Shown: positions 13,601 through 24,900 of the stretch, piece by piece
How the letters are laid out: each line of letters starts with the position of its first letter
Position numbering within the stretch: position 1 is the stretch's first letter
The notes under the pieces: model-generated
The model's input: the letters and a program-made list of their open reading frames with translations, nothing else
The model's database searches: none
Told to the model about the DNA's origin: nothing
Translations under genes and position numbers: made by a program
Assembly (NCBI RefSeq): GCF_006345805.1
Contig: NC_042997.1
Coordinates: 182,342,001-182,406,000 of the forward strand
Source: Octopus sinensis
Taxonomy: Eukaryota
Reading direction: 5' to 3'
DNA: 64,000 bases

Positions 13601-16600
13601 CATCATATATGTTTGTGTGTTTTGTGAGTGTGATTGTTTGTTTCTCCTTGTCTTGACATGAAATGATTTTTGTTAATGAATAGCATTCATTTCCAATATT
13701 CTGTGAAAATATATCTGGCTGTAGGGAAATATTACCTTGCTTGAAAACAGATGAGGGTTTAGTTGTAAGAAGAGCAATCAGCTGTAGAAAAGCTACCTGA
13801 ATAAACTCCATCTGATGGTAGTAACGATAATGATGATAAAAGGGTTCATAAGAATTAAAAAAGAAATCTTTATAACTTATAAACTTGTAGCAGTTCGTTC
13901 ATAATAGAACTGAAGATTGCTTCATAACACACGCAAGGTAAAGTAAAGGAAATACCAGTAATAGCTACAATATCATTATTATATTCATCATCAGTTTAAT
14001 GTCTTTATGTCTATATAGCCTCTTTCCATCTCAATTGTGGTCCCCAATTTTTTTAAAGTTTTATTAATTTATTTATTTACTTTGTCTTTATTCTATTTCA
14101 TGCATTCTTTACCACCAACTAACAGGGCATTTATCATGTTTATCATATATCCATCCATTCATCCACACCACATGTCCAAACGTAAGTTATTACAACTTCT
14201 CTTAACAGTTACTTGCTTTAGGGCATTGGCTGTGTCCTGGAAAGTGATTGCATCAAACATGCAGCCACTTGTCTATATCTTTGCTTACTGTTCCCGACAC
14301 ACCAATTATTATAGACACAACCTTCACTGTTCTCATGCTCCAAATTCTTCCTATTTCAAATTTTAAGGGATTGTATTTATTATTATTATCTGCATGTTTG
14401 ATGCAATCACTTTCCCGGACACACTCAGTGCCCTAAGGAAAGTAATTTTTAAGAGATGTTGAAATATAACTTAAATCTTTGGGAGGAGGGGTAAGAAAGG
14501 AGGGCAGTACAGAAATACATTCATATAATACAACACAAACATTTAAATTGATTGTGTTCTTCTAAGGATGTGGGCAGTACTTGTTAACACAATCTTTTGA
14601 TTTTATAACACATATGGTTCCCCTGGGATGTTGTCTAAATGTTTCTGACATCCATTTCTATCATACTTAGGGCTCCTACAGTAACATCTTTCGTATTTCA
14701 ATTTCCAGGTTCTTATATTTACTAAGCTTGTCAAATTCCTTTACAGATATATTTTTATCAGCGGGGGGGACATATCTATCAGTCTACAAGCATTTTCTTC
14801 CCTGTCTTTAATAATTATGTCTGGTCAATTAGCCTAGACTGTTCTTTCAATTTTGACTGGAAAATCCCAGACGATGGTGACATGTTTACCTTCAACCACT
14901 AGCTCAGGATGGTATTTATACTAGTTAGCAAGAGTGTCGATTTGGTAGTGCTTACATATTTTCCAATGTGTATACCGTCCTCCTCTATCATGGCAGTTTT
15001 TTTTTTGTGTCATCTTTATACTTATTTGGTGTTATTATTATCATTACCCTGTGCATATAAGCAAAAGCAGGGTATTGTAATCACTCATTTTTGTTTGTTT
15101 GTGTATTTGCAAAATTACTGGAAAATGGCTGAATGGATTTTCACCACATTTGGTTAGAAATGATGAACATGCGGTTTGATTATCTTTAAATGTAAAAAAA
15201 TCAAACTTACAAATTTCCCAATATCATTTTATTCACTTTCTTTTTCTTATGAATCAACCCTTACCTGTGTGTGTATAGATCATGGTGTACCTATGTGCGT
15301 AGACACATGTGGGTACATACATAGGTATGGGACTGTGTGTGTGTGTGTGTATAGTGATGGATCCCGGGTTTCTTTTATTTATGACTTGATTTCTTAATTT
15401 CACTAGAGTATAAATACCTATAATGATGATACTTGAAAAAAAAATTTTTCTAATTGATCTCACAAATTTCAAGATAAGCAAGTGATCATATTATTTTGTC
15501 CACCATTTCTTGGAAAGTGAACAGGAAATAACTGTGGTTCTCTTATTATTGTTTTACAAAATGGTCATCTGAACATGTCATTTTTGTTAATTCTATCTTT
15601 TACTAGAATTAGTTTCATTAGTGTTCTTTGATTATGACATTTTATTTTTATATTTTTAATTATATTGATTTTCTTTTTAGCTGGAAAGCAAAATATCAAA
15701 TTTGAATAAAGAAAGAGATAATTTGCTACAGAATATACATGAACTGGAATCAAACCTGAAGAAATATGAGAATCAGATAAGGTAAAATGGAGTTAAATTT
15801 AATATTAAACTGATAAAATTAACACTCAACTTCCTTTTTTAAAATGATAGTATGATTTAAGTAAGATTTAGCTGCTATTTATAGCATGTCAGTGCCAATG
15901 ACATTTTTCATAGCATTCAAGAGTGATGGGATGAAATTATCCTCAGATTGAAGAGCTAGCCTAAATGCTTACATTGATGTGGACACTGCTAAAGACACCT
16001 ACATCTACCACCAATGATTTAGTATCCTAGATATGACCATCCCATTTTTTCCAGCATAGTATTTATAAGACTGCATTATCCATTATGCTCTACCATTTGA
16101 ATGTGGCTGTTGCCAGTACCACTAGACTGGCCTTCGTACCGGTGGCATATAAAAGCACCCACTACACTCTCGGAGTGGTTGGCGTTAGGGAGAGCATCCA
16201 GCTGTAGAAACTCTGCCAGATCAGACTAGAGCCTGATGCAGCCATCTGGTTTGCCAGTCCTCAATCAAATCGTCTGACCCATGGTAGCATGGAAAGCGGA
16301 TGTTAAATGATGATGATAATATGAGGGGGATTTGGCTGCTTTTCATATATGCAGGTTAAATGACAAGGCAGAGGCTCCCTAATTGGTTCACACACACACA
16401 TATGTATGTGTGCATCGTGTTTCTTAATTTTGACCACATTAATTATCAAACAATTTTTGTTGCTCTACACAAAGCATTTAAACCGGGCTCCAGGAGGAGT
16501 GGAATAAATTTATCAATTTTCAATATTGAGACACTGCTGAGTATTGTAAAGTTGAAGATGTAAGCTCCTGGGAAGCAGACTCCACAATTTAGTTTTGAAT

Positions 16601-18916
16601 TCTGGTTGGAACTGCTTTGTTTTTCTTGTATTATGAGTGTCCTTCAGAAACATGGTAAAGTAATAAATCACACATATATAATATATAATGAAATTATTGT
16701 ATACAGTGCTCAGGTGCACCACAACTTGTCAGAAAGTGCATATAAAGTACATGCAGTAGTGTAGAAATGTCTGGGTGTATGGAGGGGAGAAAATCAAGTG
16801 TAGTGTTGGCGAATCTCAGGAAGCATGGAAGTCTTGAAGGAAGCAGTGCTCCGACAACTAACAACCGATGTCGGCAGTTTGTTCCACGCTTCAGCAACTC
16901 TCAGCGTGAAAAAATGTTTCCTGAAGTCATGGGAGCTGTGCTGTTTTCTTACTTTGTAAATATGTCCACGGGTGTTAGATGGGTGGAGTTTGAAGAGGTG
17001 CTCAGAGTTATTGTTTGTGCGATGGTTGATAATTTTATGGGTGTCTGCCAAGTCAGCTGCCAGACGTCGGAGTTTCAATGTGTCCATTCCCAGGGAGGTA
17101 AGGCGTTCAGGATATGGCAAATGCCTGATGGAGGGTATTCTTTTGGTTGCACGTCGCTGAACAGCTTCCAGACGATTGATGTCCTGGGCAAGATAGGGGC
17201 TCCAGACCGGCGATGCAAACTCCAGGTGAGGTCTTACCATAGCTATATACAGCCACAGATAGATAGCCGGAGAGCGGCTCACAAAGGATTTGGTGAGTGA
17301 TGCCAAGACACCCTCAGCCTTCTTGACAATTTTAGCGATGTGTTTTGTCCAACGCAAATCGCTGTCGACAATAACACCCAGGTCACGTTCACTTGAAGAC
17401 TTTTTGAGACTAGTGTTGTGGAGGGAGTAGGTGGACGCTGGGTTTCTCCTCCCAAAATGCATGGTGGTACATTTGTCCACAGCCAGCTTGAGTTGCCAGT
17501 CCATGATCCACTGCTGCATTGTGTCCAGGTCTGCTTGCAATAGAGATCCATAGTGTATAGGATTTGACCTCTTTATTTCGAGGTACAGCTTGATGTCATC
17601 TGCATATTTCAGCACTGTGGCATTCTTTAAGTTGGCATCTATGTCATTAACATATGCAACAAATAAAAGGGGGCCAAGAACAGATCCCTGCGGCACACCA
17701 GATGTCATCTCATAGGGCGAAGAGTGCTGTCCTAGAACTGTGACAACCTCTTTTCGGCCGAAAATAAAGGACTTTAACCAGTTATAGAGTTCGTCTCTTA
17801 CACCCAACGCAGAAAGCTTCACCATAAGTCTGTTGTGTGGCACAGAGTTAAAAGCCTTAGCAAAGTCCAGGTAAACAACATCCACCCAGGATCCGCGATC
17901 AGTGATTTGGGTAATTTATACTTTATATCCAACTTTGGAAGACAGCAGAAAGCTTCTTAAGTGTACTCTCTGTAGACATCTTGTAACAGTCATAACAAGA
18001 TCAATATAGAATTGGGATATGTATTTTAAAGGAAAAGGTGAAGATACTGAAATGGTGTTAGTTGTCTTCATTATTTTATGTCTATTTTTACCATACTTAC
18101 AAGGTTGGATGTGTCTGCTCCAATACAGCATTTTGCTGCATGTTTCAGACCTTTGCCATTTTCCTTATGAAGTTCAACATTCTAAGATCAACCTTCACCA
18201 TTTCTTCCTTTCCCAAAGATTCTTTCATCTCAATAATTCTTATTTGTTGTAATTTGTGTGTATCTAGCTTATACGAAAACTATATCTTTGATTTGGCTTC
18301 AATTCACAAAACCATTTGCCTAAAGTGTTTAATAACTTTAAAAAAAGCGTATGGATTACAACTTCTGATTAATCTTTCTCCATAGATCTGTGACTTTGTA
18401 TTTACATAATTAGCAATTATTTTTTATTCTCATTCAGGAAAGTTCATGATAAAAATGAACAAGAAATACAAGAAAAACATTCTCTGATAGATGAGAATGC
18501 TTTGTTGAAGAGAGAACTAAAATCAGCTAAATTTACAGGTAAATGAAATAAATATTTAAGAAAAGAATTACAGATTAGATAATTATTTATTACCTTAATG
18601 GTTATTAATGGTATTATACATCAAAACAAAGATCAAAGCCTTTTCAATTAATCACTGGAAAAATAACAATAAGAATATATTTTGGGGAGTGTATAGATTT
18701 TTGAAATATAAATTAGATATATAAACTAGGCAACTAGGTGCAGGAGTGGCTATGTGGTAAGGAGCTTTCTTCCCAACCACATGGTCCCAGGTTCAGTCCC
18801 ACTGCATGGCACCTTGGGCAAGTGTCTTCTACTATAGCCTTAGGCCGACCAAAGCCTTGTGAGTGGATTTGGTAGATGGAAACTGAAAGAAACCCGTTGT
18901 ATGTATGTATATTATA

Positions 18917-18979
<63 letters not shown>

Positions 18980-21900
18980 TGAGTGTATTTTTTACCTTGT
19001 TAACATTTAACACGAAAATGAATGAATAGTTCCCAGGACAGCAAAAATCTCACAAGTAAAGATGTTGTAACTCCTTGTTTATAAAGGTTGAAACTTTGTG
19101 TTTTACGTTGAATATTTGAATAATAGAATAAAAAATGGAGTTAACGCAGGTTTAAACAAGTATTTTTTCTTTCTACATATGTTCAAAAATTCCACTGATA
19201 CTTATTCAAAAGAATAAAAGGTATAAACAATGCAATCTTCTCTTCGGAAAGGGAAAAAACGAACTTGTCAATACGACATTTTAGCAAAAAATGATGGATT
19301 CGTATAGCGATAGACAGAACGCTATTATATTGTTTAAAAAAACGTTATATGATATAACGTCATAAGTAGCTAACAGAAAGAGTAGGGATATTAATAGTGA
19401 ATGTTAAATATAAAGGAAATTAAAGTCTAAACTATATATAATGATAGAGACTACTTATATGCACTAAAAGTATGTTTTTGCCAATGCTTACATCTGTATG
19501 CTCGTTCTATAACCGTGTTTACTAGAGTATTTTTAGAAAAAATAATGAAAATAGCTCAGAATTGCAGAGAAGACAGAATTTCTTGCCTTTGTCATATGGT
19601 ATCGAATTGAGAGGATCAACCATTCCAAATGAAATTGTTCATTGTGGTCTTTTAAATCCAAATCAGTTTGCTGAGACCGGTACTATTCCGTTTATTTCTA
19701 TCCCTAAATGTTGAGTAATGGATAGTAGGGATAGAAATAAACGGAATAGTACCGGTCTCAGCAAACTGATTTGGAATTTAAAAGACCACAATGAACAATT
19801 TCTTTGGAATGGTTGATCCTCTCAATTTCGATACCATATGACAAAGGCAGAAATTCTGTCTTCTCTGCAATTCTGAGCTATTTTTCATTATTTTTTCTAA
19901 AAATACTCTAGTAAACACGGTTATAGAACGAGCATACAGATGTAAGCATTGGCAAAAACATACTTTTAGTGCATATAAGTAGTCTCTATCATTATATATA
20001 GTTTAGACTTTAATTCCTTTATATTTACATTCACTATTAATATCCCTACTCTTCTGTTAGCTACTTATGACGTTATATCATATAACGTTTTTTTAAACAA
20101 TATTAATAGCGTTCTGTCTATCGCTATACGAATCCATCATTTTTTGCTAAAATGTCGTATTGACAATTTCGTTTTTTCCCTTTCCCGAAGAGAAGATTGC
20201 ATTGTTTATACCTTTTATCTTTTGAATAAGTATCAGTGGAATTTTGAAACATATGTAGAAAGAAAAATACTTGTTTAAACCTGCGTTAACTCCATTTTTA
20301 TTCCTATATATATATATATATATATATATACACTTCTAATATAAGGATAAAATATTTCCAAAAAGTTTCATCAGTGGCCTGCATATTAAAATACTTTTCA
20401 GGGTGAAAATAGAAGCAATTATAGATAAGGGTAAAAGAAAAAATTTTCTATGCCAATATGCTGAAGAATAGACTTTAGATCATCTAATCACATACAATAT
20501 TTTTCACTATAAATACACACCATGTTGAAATTAGGAAAGCAAGCAAACAGAATTTTTAAAAAAAATTCGTTATTCATGAATTGAACTGATTTCTGGATTA
20601 ATCCACAGGGTTTCTTCCTTCTTCAGCGAGAAAACTCACGTAAAGTGGTTATGTGAGCTTTCCAGATCATCTACACATGTGCTGAGGCTTGCTACAGAAT
20701 TTCTGTTTGGTTATATTTGGGGTACTTAAATGTACTCATGACTTTGCATCTGCTTTTTCCGTGGGTATATGTGAGTGTTCCATTTATTTCTAATCATGTT
20801 TCTCACTGAAGAAGGAAGAAACCTTGTGGATTAATCCAGAAATCAGTCTGATTCAGGAATAATGAAATTTAAAAAAAATTTTTTAAACTTCCAATCCAAA
20901 ATATGGATCTTACAGGCTGGTCACTTTAGCTAAGAGGTTTTCATGTCAGATATGACCAAAAGCTTTGGTGATGCCAAGAACAATGGCATTACTTTTGTTT
21001 AAGTTCTTAAAATATAAATAATGATAAAAAATAATAATTGCCAGGATGCTAAGAATTAATTAATTTCAATCTCTTTGCTTTTTCTATTTTCTATTTTTCC
21101 TTTCCAGCTTCAGTTATTGAGTCAACGAGTTCAGAATTAGAGAATATGCGCCAGGAAAATTGTCATCTTCAATACAGGATACAGTTAAAGACACAGCAAG
21201 TTAAAGATAATGCAGCTGAGAAGGAATCTATAAAGGAAATCTTGCGAGAGTTTGTATGTCATATCAAAGATGAATCCTCATCAAATAGTGAATCAAACCC
21301 TCCTCAACAGGTATGTCTCTCAAAAGTACTGATTTTTACATTTGAAAATGTTCTTTAATGTATTTTTTTAAATAATATATCTGCAATAGGTATGCGGATT
21401 TAAAAAAATCATATACAACAAAGAATCTATCTATAATTCATTATCCATGTAAGATAAAACATGAAGCAATTATAATATTCTTTTGACTGATTAATTTAAT
21501 GTTTCTTTTAAAGAATGTTTTTCATTTTATCATCTGATGTTACAGATAAATATGTTTAGATTTGCTTTCATTTTATACTTTTGAACATTCCATTTATAGT
21601 TAGTTTGATTCAATTAGAGATTTTTGCCTTCTAAACCTCCAACTTTTAAGAGACTATAAATCCAGGTTAATAATTTTATGATATTTTTAGAATTATGGAA
21701 ATCAACTTATCATTTGGCTTGAGTTTCAGTAACCTTTTAGCATTTAAACTGGCCATATTCGACCCAAATATTCTACCTATTTTGTGTTGAAACTTGCCAT
21801 GTCTGGTCTCTTACATCTACCCCACACTACCATTCTAAAAGTCTACAATCATATCATGGAATTTTCAAAACTATGAGACAATGTATGATTAATTTAAAAC

Positions 21901-24900
21901 AGTGTGAATAAATATTACATTTAGCAGAGTAATCTAAATGCTAAAGGGAAAGCTCGCTGACTCTCTCTCTTTCTCTCTCTCTCTCTCATGTGCACACACA
22001 CACACATACTGGTTTTCATTTTCTTTTCTTTTTTTTTATTTGTTTAGGTAACCAAACCTGAACAAAATGATAGTGGTATTTTGAGTTGGAGACCAGATAG
22101 CCAACAACCTCCCTCTAAAGTCGTTTCTGAATTTGAAGCTTTACTACAGATTTCAGTTCCAACTGCATGTAGCTCTTTACTCACAGATATACAGTTAGTA
22201 ACAACTTTATGACAATCTCTTTACCTATCAACAGAAATGTTTCATATCTCACAGGGAAAATAGAATCTTTTTTCTTTTGTCTTTCTCTTAGCTAATTCTG
22301 TCTGGTAGCCTTTATCTGTTTTCATTTATGATATAAATTCTTACAATTTCATATGTAGCTGTGTAGTTAAAACTTCATTTCTCAACCTTGTGGCTTCAAG
22401 TTCCCTTTGTATGTCTTCTTGGGCAAGTGTCTTCTATAGCCCTGGGCTGAACAATGCCTTGTGAGGGAATTTGATAGACTGAAACAGAGAGAAACATATA
22501 GTATGTGTGTACACACACACACATATGTTGTCAAACCACATGTGACAACAAAAAAGCTAAACTTCCATATCATTGGAAATAGAGGATTATACTTATTGAC
22601 TGATACAGATATAGGGACTTACATTCAGGATTTTAAGTTTCTGTGTCAGTAATTAGATAATTGCACATCTTCAGCTATGCAATCCTAGTGTACATGGCAC
22701 CATTGATGTTTTTGTAATCAATGGTATCATGTGCACTGGGCTTGCACAGCTAAAGATGTGCAATGATCATTGAAATGTTGACTCAGAAACTCAAAGACCT
22801 GAATGTAAGTTCCCATACTTGTATCAGTCAATAAATATACATATGCACATATGTGTGTATGTGTGCTTGTATGTTTCTGTGTGTATGTTTATAAAATTGT
22901 GCTGAACTGTGGCTACAGATGGTAATGTGATTGCTTTGAGCTGATCAATCATTTTTGGTTGGGTTGCAGCTGGTGATGTTTGTTCGCATTTTCTGTCAAC
23001 AAATCATCTGCTAGCCTTGTGCTTTCAAATTCTACTGAAGTAAAAACCTCTTTTACTTGAAAAACAGGTATGTGATGGCAACAGAAAACCATGCAGCCTT
23101 AAAAATCCTACTTCATTTTCCTCCTGTCTAAGCCATGCTAGAATGGAAAAATAGCTGAGCAAAATTAAGGAATAAAGGAATTTCTTATATAGCATTTTGT
23201 TTCCTGTTAATCCAAAGTTAAAACAATCTTTACTGTTCTCTCATTCACAGTTACTTAATCTATCACACTACAATGATATAATCTTGTCAAATACATTTTG
23301 GATCAATAAATATTAGATGAAATGATTTGTTCTTCAGTAATTTCAATAGTCTGGAAATTACTTTTTGTAGCAGATAAATACTTGATATATATTGTTAAAA
23401 TCTGAAGGAATATAATTATTAAATATTATTAAACCCCCACAGAAACAAATTTGCAGATAAAGAAGCTAAAATACAACAATTGCAAGCTTTTAACCAATCA
23501 TTAGCAGCTTCAAAAGAAGAACGGTTGAAAGTAGAAAATCAAGAAGCTGATAATTGTAAGTTTCTTGTTTTATTGTGGGTTTTTTTTTTCTAACTGTAAG
23601 ACTTTTAATTTGTAATGGATGTTAATTGGATTGTGTAATAAATTTCACCCTGGTAAGGATGTCAGGTATTCCCAGGAGATCTGGTTCTTTTGACTCCCAA
23701 CTTTTGTGTCGGGGATTCATGCCAACATGAAAAATAGGTATTAAGTGGTGGTGGCGGCAGCAGCTAAGAAGATAATGATGATGGTGATGTTTAAGGGCAG
23801 TGGATTGACAGAATCATTAAAGTATTGGACAAAATACCTTGTGGTATTTAATTACAACTCTTTACATACTAAGTGCAAATCTAGCCAAAGTCGACTTTAT
23901 CTTCCATTTTTTCAGAGTTGATAAAATAAAGTGTCAATCAAGTACTGGGTCCTACCAAATTTTTTGCTTTGTGCCTCTGTTAGAAATTATTGTCGTTGTT
24001 GCTGAGAACATTTTAGTGCAAGAAGTACCTTGTGTACTGAGTTCCTATACTACTTTTGGCTCTCATTTGAAATCGTTTTACTTCATTTATGCTACTAATT
24101 GTTTGGAAAAGCATGACTGTCATATCTTCCTTGAATATATGACTTTTTGTGCTTAGTAAAAATATTATTATTATTGCTGTTATATTTTCATGTTTAGATA
24201 AAAGGAAAATAACAGAACTGAGTGAAAGTAATAATTACTTGTCCAAACAGCTGGATGAACTGAAGGAAAACTTGCAGAGTGTCAAATATCAGCTTGCTGA
24301 GAGTGAAGCTAAAGCTGAGAATTTAGATTTCTGCATTAGTCAACGGAATACACAGCTTGTAGAGCTTCAGGAAGAATTGAATAACAAAGAAAACAACATT
24401 TGCCAACTTGAGAAAAAGGTACGTCCTTATTTTTGTTATAAAATTTTATTATTGAATTATTGTTGGCTTTGCACTATGGTAAATATGTTACTAAGACACA
24501 GATTTACTCACTCAATGTCATGAAGTTGGTCTTAAGTTTCATTGTATTATGGACTTTAGAACTTTGTTTTACACGTCTCTTCAGCTGATGAGGAATCTTT
24601 GCTCAAAAGCTAATATTTGTGCCATCATATAATAATAATAATAATAATTGTGTACAGTGCTCAGGTGCACTACAACTCATCTAAAGGTTATATAATCAGG
24701 TGTAGTTTCGACGGATTTCGGGAAGCATGAGGGCCTTAAAGGATGCAGTGTCATGGCAGTCAACAACTGATGCAGGCAGTTTATTCCACGCTTCAGCAAC
24801 CCTGAGCGTGAAAAAATGTTTCCGAAAGTCATGGGAGCTGTGCTGTTTTCTGACTTTGTAGGCATGTCCACGTGTGTTAGACACATGGAGATCAAAAAGG

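Noticed and set aside
16767-17300. 177-aa plus-strand ORF
   Set aside because: Antisense shadow of the CR1 RT ORF.
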